In this document: piece after piece, positions 9,175 through 18,501 of the stretch
Numbering within the stretch: position 1 is the first letter of the stretch
Layout: each line of letters starts with the position of its first letter
NCBI GenBank assembly: GCA_963707025.1
Contig: CAVPOM010000018.1
Location: 640,001 to 704,000 of the forward strand
Direction of reading: 5' to 3'
From: an uncultured Verrucomicrobiae bacterium
Lineage (GTDB): Bacteria > Verrucomicrobiota > Verrucomicrobiia > Limisphaerales > Palsa-1400
DNA: 64,000 bases
Position numbers and translations under genes: made by a program
The notes under the pieces: model-generated
The model's database searches: none
Seen by the model: only the letters and a program-made list of their open reading frames with translations
Told to the model about the DNA's origin: nothing

Positions 9175-10349
9175 GCCATGACGTTGAATTGTTTAAGCTT
9201 TTCCTCGTCCACGCTCAGGCCCAGGCCGGGGAGGTTTTCGTCCAGATCAATGAAGCCGTCCCGCGCGACCGGCTCGCCTTTGAAAATGTACCAGAAAAGT
9301 TCGTTGCCCACCTCCACGTCCACGCAGGGAAAATACTCGGCCATGGGCGAGTTGAGGCTGGCCATGACCAGGTGGTAGTTGTGCATCTGGCCGGCATGAG
9401 GAATGACCGGGATGGAATGCGCTTCGGCCAGCGCCGCAATCTTGCGCGCCTGGGTCAGGCCGCCGACGCGACTGGTGTCGAACTGGATGTAGTCCACCGC
9501 GCGCGCTTCGATCAGCTCGCGAAAACCGTAAAGGGTGAATTCATGTTCGCCGCCGGCGATGGGCACGCGGCCATAGGCCTTGAGTTCCGCGTAGCCGTGG
9601 ATGTCGTCCGGAATGACCGGTTCCTCCAGCCAGCGCAGGTGGAAGGGTTCCAGGAGGGGCAGCATCCGTTTGGCGTAGTCCAGCGTCCAGCCCATGTAAG
9701 CGTCGGCCATGAGGTCCAGCCCGTCGCCCACGGCCTCGCGCACGGTGCGGATCAGGGCCAGGTTGCGCTGCATTCCTTCCGCGCCGTCCACCGGTCCCCA
9801 GCCGAAGCGCAGTTTGAGGGCCTTGTAACCTTCGTTTTTGTATTTCCTGGATTCGGCGGCCAGTTCGGCCAGCGGCGTGCTGTAGAGGCGGCTGGAATAA
9901 ACCGGGATGCGCGGTTTGGTGCGGCCTCCCAGGAGGCGATAGACCGGCTGTTTGGCCGACTGGCCCAGAATGTCCCACAGGGCGATGTCCACCGCGCTGA
10001 TGGCCACCATGCCAATGCCTTTGCGCCCAAAGGCCATCGTTTTGCGATACATGTGTTGCCAGAGAAACTCGATGTCCCAGGGGTCCGCGCCCAGGAGCAG
10101 CGGCTTGAGATAAAGGTCAATGACTTGCTTGGTCAGGCGCGGCGCCAGGGCGGCGTTGCCCAGGCCGGCCAGACCGTTGTCGGTGAAGATTTCCACGACC
10201 AGCCAGCCGTGGAAGGTGAAGGTGCCCATGGTCGCCGGGGAGAGCATGGGGGCGATGACATCCATGGGATTGGTGCAAAAATGGGGCGGCAAGGCCACGG
10301 TCTGGCCCCGCCATTCCACCACGCGGCAGCGGATTTCGGTTATTTTCAT
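9171..10349 (-). CDS. Enolase-superfamily acid-sugar dehydratase (L-lyxonate/L-rhamnonate dehydratase-like)
   Basis: HFCTN, AISAVDIALWD, KALKLRFG, MADAYMGW, WLEEP, GGEHE, IPH. Confidence 0.85.
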   Translation of the reverse strand: MKITEIRCRVVEWRGQTVALPPHFCTNPMDVIAPMLSPATMGTFTFHGWLVVEIFTDNGLAGLGNAALAPRLTKQVIDLYLKPLLLGADPWDIEFLWQHMYRKTMAFGRKGIGMVAISAVDIALWDILGQSAKQPVYRLLGGRTKPRIPVYSSRLYSTPLAELAAESRKYKNEGYKALKLRFGWGPVDGAEGMQRNLALIRTVREAVGDGLDLMADAYMGWTLDYAKRMLPLLEPFHLRWLEEPVIPDDIHGYAELKAYGRVPIAGGEHEFTLYGFRELIEARAVDYIQFDTSRVGGLTQARKIAALAEAHSIPVIPHAGQMHNYHLVMASLNSPMAEYFPCVDVEVGNELFWYIFKGEPVARDGFIDLDENLPGLGLSVDEEKLKQFNVMA

Positions 10350-10354
10350 CCCGG

Positions 10355-11638
10355 CTATTTAGCGGCAAAGCGGAGCGGTTGTAAAACGGGAATGACCAGA
10401 CAAATCAAAATAAAAGCCGCCAGGTGCAGGGAGGCGGCGATGAAGAGGATGGGGGTGTAGGTGAAACCGTGGTCGAGCAGGTAGCCGGCAAGCTGGCCGA
10501 GCACCACCCCGCCCATCGCCCCGCCAAAGCCGACCAGCCCAGCCACTTTGCCCACCGCTTCCTTGGGCACAAGGTCAGTCGGCAGCACCATGATGAGGGT
10601 GGACCAAGACTGCTGGCCAAAGAAGGCAAGACTGAAAATCGCCATGACCCAGCCGACATCCGGCAGGGATGGGATGAACATCACCCAGGGCATGAGGGCC
10701 GCGCTGGCGCCCAAGGCCCATTTGCGCGAAAAGTTGACCGAGCCGCCGCGCCGCAGCAGCCTGCTGGACAGGCCGCCGCCGCAGAGGCATCCCACCCCGG
10801 AGGCCGCGTAGGGTATCCAGCCGACGGCACCGGCCTGTTTGATGTCGAAGTGCCGGGCGGTGAGAAGATATTTCGGCAGCCAGAACAGATAGAAATACCA
10901 GGTGGCGTCGCTGAGGAATTTCGCGCCGGCCACGGCCCAAATCTCGCGGAACCGCAGCAACTCGCGCAACTGGATGACCGGTTTCTTCCAGGCCTCCGAC
11001 CCAGCGCCGCCGGCGGCTTCCCCGGGCGGGGCATAAACGGCCCACCACCAGAAAGCCCAAGCCAGGCCGAAGCTTCCAGTCAAGAAGAAGACCCAGCGCC
11101 AAGGGGCCAGGCCCAGCCAATGGACTTCCGTCAGGACCAGGGCGATCAGCGGCGGGGCGGCCAGCGCCCCCACGGCCGTGCCCCCGTTGATGATGCCCAT
11201 GGCGGTGGCCCGTTCGCGCACGGGAAACCATTCCGCCACGGCGCGGGTGGCGGCGGGAAAGCCGCCGCCTTCACCCATGCCGAGCAGCAGCCGGCAGGCC
11301 CCCAGCGCCAGCAACCCTCCCGCCAGCCCGTGGGCGGCGCAAGCCAGCGACCAGATAATCATGACCAGCAGAAATCCGCGCCGCGTGCCCAGGCGATCCA
11401 GCAGCCAGCCCCCGCCCAGATACATGCAGCCATAAGTGGCGAGGAAGGCCGAATCGAGCGTGGCCTTGGCTTGGTTGGAGATGGGGATGTCCGCGTTGAT
11501 GGCCTCAATGGCCCAGGGCAGCGTCTGCCGGTCCAGGTAGCTGATGGCGATGGCGGCGCTAATCAGGAACGCCATGCCCCAGCGCAACCCGGACCACGGC
11601 GTCTCCGCGGCGGGATGGGAAGTGCGGATGGGGATCAT
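10355..11638 (-). CDS. MFS hexuronate/aldonate transporter (ExuT-like)
   Basis: ISYLDRQ, DRLGTRRG, EWFPVRERATA, WRWVF, FWLPKYL; start uncertain. Confidence 0.88.
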   Translation of the reverse strand: MIPIRTSHPAAETPWSGLRWGMAFLISAAIAISYLDRQTLPWAIEAINADIPISNQAKATLDSAFLATYGCMYLGGGWLLDRLGTRRGFLLVMIIWSLACAAHGLAGGLLALGACRLLLGMGEGGGFPAATRAVAEWFPVRERATAMGIINGGTAVGALAAPPLIALVLTEVHWLGLAPWRWVFFLTGSFGLAWAFWWWAVYAPPGEAAGGAGSEAWKKPVIQLRELLRFREIWAVAGAKFLSDATWYFYLFWLPKYLLTARHFDIKQAGAVGWIPYAASGVGCLCGGGLSSRLLRRGGSVNFSRKWALGASAALMPWVMFIPSLPDVGWVMAIFSLAFFGQQSWSTLIMVLPTDLVPKEAVGKVAGLVGFGGAMGGVVLGQLAGYLLDHGFTYTPILFIAASLHLAAFILICLVIPVLQPLRFAAK

Positions 11639-11738
11639 GGCCGGGCCCAAGCAAACTATAGGCGGGCGCGCCGTGTCAATCCTCCTTCGGCTCGCCACCC
11701 GCTTCGGGTTCATTCCACTTCCTTGTCCAGCCCTTCTG

Positions 11739-11827
11739 AATCTTAATCCTAATCTTAATCTCCTTCCTTCGGATGCAGATAAGGGGAAAGATTAAGATTA
11801 GGATTAGGATTAGGATTAAGAGAGGAC
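11739..11827. repeat. Inverted pair of GATTAR hexamer tandem arrays
   Basis: AATCTTAATCCTAATCTTAATC facing GATTAAGATTAGGATTAGGATTAGGATTAAG. Confidence 0.85.
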
Positions 11828-11911
11828 TTGGAAACCGCCGCCCAAAAAAGCACGCCGCCCCCGGCGCGAAAGGGGCTTGCCAAATGAGACGGTCAAACGT
11901 AGTATTACACC

Positions 11912-12140
11912 ATGATCAAGACGATTACCAAACTCGGCAACTCGCAGGGAATCATTTTTGACTCGACCCTGATGGACATGGCCCATCTGAAGGTTGGCGA
12001 CCAGGTGAACCTTGCGATTCATGATGGCGGCACCATCTCCATCACACCATTGAATTTGGTGATTGCGGCAAAGAAGGCTTCCGCCACCTCGCGCCGGATT
12101 ATCCGCGCCAACTCGGAACTCTTCCGCCGGCTTTTCATGA
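11912..12140 (+). CDS. AbrB/MazE-family antitoxin (reads through into doc in this sequence)
   Basis: TKLGNSQGII, ELFRRL; removing one T from the run at 12132-12135 gives L-S-stop overlapping the doc ATG. Confidence 0.8.
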
Positions 12141-12544
12141 GCCAGCCGCTGGCTCATCTGACCCTGGAGTCGGTCAAAGCCATTCACGCCGAGGTGCTGG
12201 CCGCGCACGGAGGCGCCGAAGGACTGAGGGACCAGGCCTTGCTGGAATCTGCTATCGGAGCACCGCAGGCGACAATGATGGGTCAGCCGGTGCTCAAGGA
12301 CGGAGTTGAAATGGCCGCGGCCTATCTCTTTTACCTTTGCTGCAATCATCCTTTCGTGGATGGAAACAAGCGGACGGCCCTGGCCGCCTGCCTGGTGTTT
12401 CTCAGCGAAAACGGCCTCTTGCCAAAGGAGAAACTGGACACAGACGCCTGGGAAGAATTAACGCTGGACGTGGCGGCGGGCCGGATGGATCGCGAGCAAA
12501 CCACCCAACGTCTGCGCAAGCTGCTGCGCAAGCCCAGGGGTTGA
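12137..12544 (+). CDS. doc: Doc/Fic family toxin
   Basis: HPFVDGNKRTA motif; GGAEGLRD. Confidence 0.9.
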   Translation: MSQPLAHLTLESVKAIHAEVLAAHGGAEGLRDQALLESAIGAPQATMMGQPVLKDGVEMAAAYLFYLCCNHPFVDGNKRTALAACLVFLSENGLLPKEKLDTDAWEELTLDVAAGRMDREQTTQRLRKLLRKPRG

Positions 12545-12592
12545 GCTTTAAAACTTGAACGCCGCCCCACCGGAGCGTACACGTACTCCGCC

Positions 12593-13656
12593 ATGCGATT
12601 CATCGCGACTATCATTGAAAAATTGCAGCGCCACCCCAAACGGATGGTGTTCCCGGAAGGAACCGAACCGCGCGTTTTGCAGGCCGCCCGCCAGTACCAT
12701 TCCCTGCGCCTGGGCGCGCCCATTTTGCTGGGGGACCGCACCAAAATCAAGGAGGCGGCCGCGCAGTGGAATGTCTCGCTCGAAGGGGTCCGCATAATCA
12801 ACCCGGAGCAGAGCGAAGAGCTGGATATGTTCATCAAGCGCTTTGAGTTGCTGCGCCGGGTCAAGGGCGTGCAGGGCAAGGAGGCCCGCGAGGCCATGCT
12901 CAATCCCAATTTTTTCGGCGCGATGATGCTGGCCTTGCACCAGGCCGACGGCTTTGTGTCCGGCGCCAATCAAAGCTCGGGCAGCGTGCTCCGCCCGCTT
13001 TTTCAGATCGTCAAGGTCGCCCCGGAAGCCACCACCGCTTCCAGTTGCATGGTGTTGGAGGTCGAGGACACCCGCTTTGGCCACAACGGCGTGCTCTTCA
13101 TGGCCGATTGCGGCGTCATCCCCGAACCCACGGTGGAGCAGCTTTCCGACATCGCCGTCTCCACCGCGCAGTTGGCCCGGCTGCTCCTGGGGCCCGCCCG
13201 CGGGTCGCCTTGCTCTCTTACTCGACCAAAGGCAGCGCCACTCATCCGTCCATCGGCAAGGTGCAGGCCGCCACCGCCCTGGCCCAACAAAAAGCGCGCG
13301 CGCTGGATTTGGACGCCGATTTCGACGGGGAATTGCAGGTGGACGCGGCGCTGGTGCCGGAAATCGCCGTGCGCAAGCTCCCGGAAAGCCCGGTGGCCGG
13401 GCGGGCCAATGTGTTGATTTTTCCCGACCTGAACGCGGGCAATATCGGCAGCAAGCTCCTGCAACACGTGGCCAAGGCCCATGCCTACGGGCAAATCCTG
13501 CTGGGCTTGGATCGCCCGGCGGCCGATGTCTCCCGCGGTTCCAACGCCCATGACGTTCTCGGCGTCGCCGCCATCGTCGGCGTCCAGTCCATCCGCTACG
13601 ACGATCTCCATCCAGAGACAGTCCATCCCCCCTACAAAAACAAGAGCGCCGAATGA
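12593..13656 (+). CDS. pta: Phosphate acetyltransferase, catalytic domain only (frameshift in G-run 13189-13192)
   Basis: VFPEG, FMADCG, VALLSYSTKGS, DGELQVDAA, FPDLNAGNI, DVSRG. Confidence 0.88.
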
Positions 13657-13708
13657 ACAGTCCAAATCCGCGGGTTGAACCGCCGCAGCCTGGGGCGGAA
13701 AGGGGCGC

Positions 13709-14818
13709 ATGAACACGGTTACGCCGCGCGTTTTTATTGCCGCCACGCGGCAGAATGACGGCAAAACCACCGTCTCCCTGGGCCTGCTGGCGGCCTTGCA
13801 GAGCGCTTATCCGCGCATCGGCTACATCAAACCGGTCGGGCAGCGCTTTGTCCAAATTGAGGAGCAGAACATTGATGAAGACACGGTGTTGATGGACCAG
13901 GTTTACCAGCTCAATTGTCCGCTGGGGGACATGAGCCCCATCGCCGTGGAGCCGGATTTCACCCGCAAGTATTTGCAATCCTCCAACAACGAGGCCCTGG
14001 TCAAAAAAATCACCAAGGCCTTCGACCGCGTCGCCTGGGAAAAGGACTTTGTGGTCTGCGAAGGGTCCGGCCACGGCGGGGTCGGCTCGGTCTTTGATTT
14101 GTCCAACGCCCAGGTTGCAAAAATCCTGGGGGCCAAAGTGATTATCATCAGCCAGGGCGGCATCGGCAAGCCCATTGATGAAGTCTATCTCAATCAGGCC
14201 GTCTTCGAGCGCGAGGGCGTGGAAATCATCGGCGTGATCTTGAACAAGGTGCTCCCGGAAAAAATGGATTTTATTTCCGAGTTCGCCCGGCGCGGCTTGA
14301 AACGCAAGGGCCTGGAACTGCTCGGCGTCGTCCCCTACCAGGGCATCTTGTCCCGCCCCACCATGGAGTTGATCCGCGAGGATTTGAAGGCGGATTGCTT
14401 GAATGCCGGCACGCCGGGTCAAAAAGTGGTGGACAGCGTGATGGTGGGAGCCATGGGCGTGCAGAATGCCATCCGCCTCTTTAAACGCGGCGTCCTGGTC
14501 ATCACCCCCGGCGACCGGGTGGATATTCTCCTGGCGGCGGCCACTTCGGCGGCGGAACCGGACCAGCCCCTGGCCGGCGTGGTGCTGACCGGCGAGTTCC
14601 ATCCCCAGGCCGCCCTGACCAGGATCATCGAAAAGCTGCCCTTCCCGGTCCTGCGTGCCTCGGAAGAAATATACGAAGTGGCTTCCGCCGTGCATAATCT
14701 CATTGTCAAGACGCGGGCGGCCGACACGGAAAAAATCTCGGTCATCCGCGACATCATCGCGACCCATGTGGATGTCAATAAAATTTTACGCGCCCTGGCC
14801 TGCTCCCTCCCGGATTGA
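13709..14818 (+). CDS. BioD-like P-loop plus DRTGG domain protein (stand-alone Pta N-terminal part)
   Basis: NDGKTT, GYIKPVG, CEGSGH, ITPGDRVD, GVVLTG. Confidence 0.85.
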   Translation: MNTVTPRVFIAATRQNDGKTTVSLGLLAALQSAYPRIGYIKPVGQRFVQIEEQNIDEDTVLMDQVYQLNCPLGDMSPIAVEPDFTRKYLQSSNNEALVKKITKAFDRVAWEKDFVVCEGSGHGGVGSVFDLSNAQVAKILGAKVIIISQGGIGKPIDEVYLNQAVFEREGVEIIGVILNKVLPEKMDFISEFARRGLKRKGLELLGVVPYQGILSRPTMELIREDLKADCLNAGTPGQKVVDSVMVGAMGVQNAIRLFKRGVLVITPGDRVDILLAAATSAAEPDQPLAGVVLTGEFHPQAALTRIIEKLPFPVLRASEEIYEVASAVHNLIVKTRAADTEKISVIRDIIATHVDVNKILRALACSLPD

Positions 14819-14866
14819 ACCGGGCGAAGCCAGGGCTGGGCGCGTTATCCAACCGGAAGTGGTCTG

Positions 14867-14894
14867 AAGATTAAGATTAAGATTAAGATTAAGA
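14867..14894 (+). repeat. (AAGATT)4 tandem array just before the hisC start
   Basis: AAGATTAAGATTAAGATTAAGATTAAGA then ATAAT ATG. Confidence 0.85.
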
Positions 14895-14899
14895 ATAAT

Positions 14900-16007
14900 A
14901 TGAGCCTCCCTTTTTCCTTAAACCCGGCGCTGGAGAATCTGCCCGTCTATCAGCCCGGCCGCCCCATTGAGGAGGTGGCGCGCGAACTGGGCCTGCCGGC
15001 CCGCCGCATCATCAAGATGGCCTCCAACGAAAATCCGCTCGGCCCTGCCCCGGCGGCGCTGGCCGCCCTCAAAGGCGCCGCCCGACAGTTGCACCTTTAC
15101 CCCGACGGCAACGCCTTTTATTTCAAACAAAAACTGGCGGCCAAACTGGGCGTGGACACCGCCAACCTGATCCTGGGCAACGGGTCCAACGACATCCTGG
15201 AATTTATCGCCCACGCCTTGATGGGGCCGGGGGTGGAGGTGGTGATGTCGCAGGTCCTGCTTTTTGGTCTATCCGCTGGTCACGCGCCTGCTCGGGGCCA
15301 ATCCCATCGTCGTCCCCGCCCGCGATTACGGGCACGACCTGCCTGGCTTTGGCCGGGCGATTACTCCCCGGACCAAGGTGGTTTTCGTGGCCAACCCCAA
15401 CAATCCCACCGGCACCCTGGCCCAGCCGGAGGCTCTCCTCCATCTGCTCGAGCAAACTCCGCCCCAGGTGGTCATCGTGCTGGACGAGGCCTACCTCGAG
15501 TATTTGCCGCAGCCGCAGGACTTGGTCCCGCTCATTCGGCGGGCGGAAAAACCAAACCTGATTTTGCTCCGCACCTTTTCCAAAATTTACGGCCTGGCCG
15601 GCTTGCGTCTCGGTTACGGCATCGGCCATCCCGATTTCATTGCCGCCCTGGAAAAGATCCGCCAGCCCTTCAACGTCAATTCCATGGCCCAAGCCGCCGG
15701 CCTGGCCGCGCTGGACGACGAGACCCACATGCAAAAGACCCGCCAAAACAATTTTGAGGGCCTGAAATTCTTTGAAAATGCCCTGCGCCAAATGGGCGTG
15801 GAATACGTGCCCTCCTCCGCCAATTTCATTCTCCTGCGTGTGGGCGATGGGCGGCGCGTTTTTACCGAACTGCAGGCCCGGGGCATCATCGTCCGACCGA
15901 TGGAGATTTACGGATTGCCGGAGTGGCTGCGCATCTCCATCGGCCTCCCCCGCCAGAACCAGCGCTGCCTCAAGGCCCTGCAAAAAATCCTTCGCAAGAA
16001 GAAATGA
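14900..16007 (+). CDS. hisC: Histidinol-phosphate aminotransferase (frameshift near 15255)
   Basis: KMASNENPLG, GNGSND, ANPNNPTG, LDEAY, RTFSKIYGLAGLRLGY. Confidence 0.92.
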
Positions 16008-16153
16008 AGTGGAAGATCCGTGGCGCTGCCCCTGGCCGTCCTTGTGAACAACTCCGGAATAACATCTTAACAACAAATAATACATTTCGCTCGTGAAGGC
16101 TCCCGGACGAAACCACTATCGGCAATCACAACACAGAAAGGCGAATAGACAAA

Positions 16154-16786
16154 ATGGCGGCCGAAGAAAGAGTGCTTTGTTTTGAGCGGAAACTTCTCGA
16201 AGAGCTGGGCGTGTTTCAGGGCCTCAGCCTGGAAGCCGGCAAATACCTGCCCGTCCTCACCGCCTCTTCTCATTTGCTCTACCTGAACCGGAGCGACGCC
16301 GAACAGGACAAGCGTTACAAGCAGCTTATCCCTTACGTCCTGTTGATCTGCCATGACAAGATATTGCGATACCGGCGCGGCAAGGGCGGGCAGGAAACCC
16401 GCCTGCACGGCTTGTATTCCGTCGGCATTGGCGGACACATCTCCGAGGAAGATCATGGCCTATTCTCCAGCGACCGCGGCTACCAGGTGGGCATGCGGCG
16501 CGAACTGATGGAGGAAGCGGGCATTGATGCGGGGCAAGAGCCGGCCGTGGCCGCGATCAACGATGACAGCACCGAGGTGGGCTGCGTCCATTTTGGGGTC
16601 GTCCACGTCGTGCGCCTGCCCAACCAGAACGTGGCCGGCCGCCGCAGCGGCATCGTCGGTCCTGAATTCATCCCGATGGCCGACGCGCTGAAAGATCCGC
16701 CGGGTTACGAATCCTGGTCCCGCTTCTGCCTCGAACATCTCCCTTCCCTGCTCTCCCAATCCGCCGCTGGACAGGCCGCCGTGTAA
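16154..16786 (+). CDS. NUDIX-family phosphoesterase
   Basis: KQLIPY, RLHGLYSVGIGGHI, MRRELMEE, VGCVHFG. Confidence 0.8.
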   Translation: MAAEERVLCFERKLLEELGVFQGLSLEAGKYLPVLTASSHLLYLNRSDAEQDKRYKQLIPYVLLICHDKILRYRRGKGGQETRLHGLYSVGIGGHISEEDHGLFSSDRGYQVGMRRELMEEAGIDAGQEPAVAAINDDSTEVGCVHFGVVHVVRLPNQNVAGRRSGIVGPEFIPMADALKDPPGYESWSRFCLEHLPSLLSQSAAGQAAV

Positions 16787-16881
16787 TCCGTGGCCAGAAA
16801 TCGTAAATTCCACTTGACAACTTGGGGCGGTTTAAGAAATTGTCAGCCTTTACCCTTGACCACTTGCCTGGCCAGGCGTGG

Positions 16882-18501
16882 TTACGGTGTCTTTGGCGCT
16901 GGCGTGGAAAGGCCGCTGGTTTTGCCGGCAAAGGCCAGCGCGCCGGTTGGGCAATGACGCACGCATTCCTCCGCCACCGCCCCCAGGCCCTCCTCGATGG
17001 AACGGTCGAATGGCCCGGCCACTCGCACGTCAAAGCCGCGTCCGATAAAAGCCAGGCCCAGCGGTTCGGCCGCCATTTCGGCCAGCTTCACGCAAATCCC
17101 GCAGAGAATGCATTTGCCCGGCTCGAAGATGATGCCGCCGGGCTGGAGTTGCTGGTTAAAGGGCCGGCGCTCCGACCGGAACCGGCTGGCGTCGGCGCCA
17201 TAAACTTGCGCGTAGTGCTGCAGCAGGCAGTTGCCCGACGACCGGCAGTCGCAATGCAGGCAGCGCGCCGCCTCCGTCATGGCCTCGCCGGGGTTGATGG
17301 CAGAGCACCGGGCGCAGGGCGCCACGCTGTGTTGCTGGCTGGCGGTGCGCAGGAATTCCCGCAGTTCGCCCGGCTCCAACCGGCCCATGATGCTGGAGAA
17401 CGGTTTCTCCGGGCGGCGCGGCGGCTGGCCGCGCAAAAACCGGTGGACGCACTCGGCCGCCGCCCGGCCCTCGGCCATGGCCCGCACCAGTTGTTTGACA
17501 GGCTTGACGCAGGCGCCGGCGGCAAAGACATGGGGCGGACTGAGGCGGCAGGTGGACGGGTCGGCCTTGAGCACGGCGCCGGCCAGCGGCAGCCCGAGTT
17601 TCCCGCCGTCATCTCCGGCCAGTTCGCCGACGGTGATCAGGATGGCGTCGAATCCGCGCCGCAAACCATCCAGAGTCACATGATTGCCCAACTCGATGCC
17701 CGTTTTGAAAGCAATTCCCATCCCCGCCAGCAAGGCCACTTCCGCTTCCAGGATGGCGGCGGACAATTCGGCTTCCGGCACGTCCCGCAGCCTCCCGCCC
17801 GGTTGGGCATTGCGGTCAATGACCGTGACGGCGTGGCCGCGCCGGGCGAGGTCATGCGCCGCCGTCAGGCCGGCCGGCCCGGCTCCAACGACCACCACGG
17901 AGCGCCTGGTGGCGGCGGCGGGTTGGCACAGGCAGGCCCTGGCCTGTTTGCCATCCTGCTTGAAATCATGCTCAGTCAGGAATCGTTCCATCTCGCGCAC
18001 CGCCGCCGGTTCATCGAAATCCCCGCGGCGGCAGCCTTGTTCGCAAGGATGGTGGCAAAGGCGGCCCAGCACACCCGCCAGGGGCAGCGCCTGGCGCATG
18101 GTGGCCACCGCCTCGTCCAGGCGGCCGGCTTGGATCTGCCGGATCATCGCGGGGATATTCAGTTGCAGCGGGCAGAGGCGATGGCAGGGCGACAGACAGT
18201 CCCCCACATGGTCGCTGAAAAGCAATTCCAGCGCGGTGCGGCGCGCCTCATGCACTTCCTCCGATTCGCTCTCGATGACCATGCCGGGCACGGCCAGGGT
18301 GGCGCAGGAAGGCACCAGGCGGCCCTGGCCGTTGGCCGCCACCTTGACCAGGCAAACCTGGCAGGAAGTGAGGGGCCCGCACTTTTCCAGGTGGCAGAGG
18401 GTGGGAATGTCCAGCCCGATCTGCCGCGCCGCCTGCAAAACGGTCCGGCCCGGCGCAACCTCCACCGGCTTTCCGTCAATACTAATTGTAAACGCGCTCA
18501 T
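16882..18501 (-). CDS. Fe-S flavoprotein: N-terminal 2Fe-2S, GltD-like Fe-S/FAD module, C-terminal ferredoxin domain
   Basis: IPTLC..C.....CQVC, DHVGDCLSPC, LGRLCHHPCE..C, VVGAGPAG, EAARCLHCDC, KCILCGIC...CPTGAL. Confidence 0.85.
   Translation of the reverse strand: MSAFTISIDGKPVEVAPGRTVLQAARQIGLDIPTLCHLEKCGPLTSCQVCLVKVAANGQGRLVPSCATLAVPGMVIESESEEVHEARRTALELLFSDHVGDCLSPCHRLCPLQLNIPAMIRQIQAGRLDEAVATMRQALPLAGVLGRLCHHPCEQGCRRGDFDEPAAVREMERFLTEHDFKQDGKQARACLCQPAAATRRSVVVVGAGPAGLTAAHDLARRGHAVTVIDRNAQPGGRLRDVPEAELSAAILEAEVALLAGMGIAFKTGIELGNHVTLDGLRRGFDAILITVGELAGDDGGKLGLPLAGAVLKADPSTCRLSPPHVFAAGACVKPVKQLVRAMAEGRAAAECVHRFLRGQPPRRPEKPFSSIMGRLEPGELREFLRTASQQHSVAPCARCSAINPGEAMTEAARCLHCDCRSSGNCLLQHYAQVYGADASRFRSERRPFNQQLQPGGIIFEPGKCILCGICVKLAEMAAEPLGLAFIGRGFDVRVAGPFDRSIEEGLGAVAEECVRHCPTGALAFAGKTSGLSTPAPKTP

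Noticed and set aside
11739..11827. Hexamer arrays as a CRISPR array
   Set aside because: No unique spacers, the unit is only 6 bp, and no cas genes are present.
12593..16007. Programmed frameshifting or pseudogenisation of pta and hisC
   Set aside because: No slippery heptamer with a downstream structure is seen; indel errors explain the breaks more simply.
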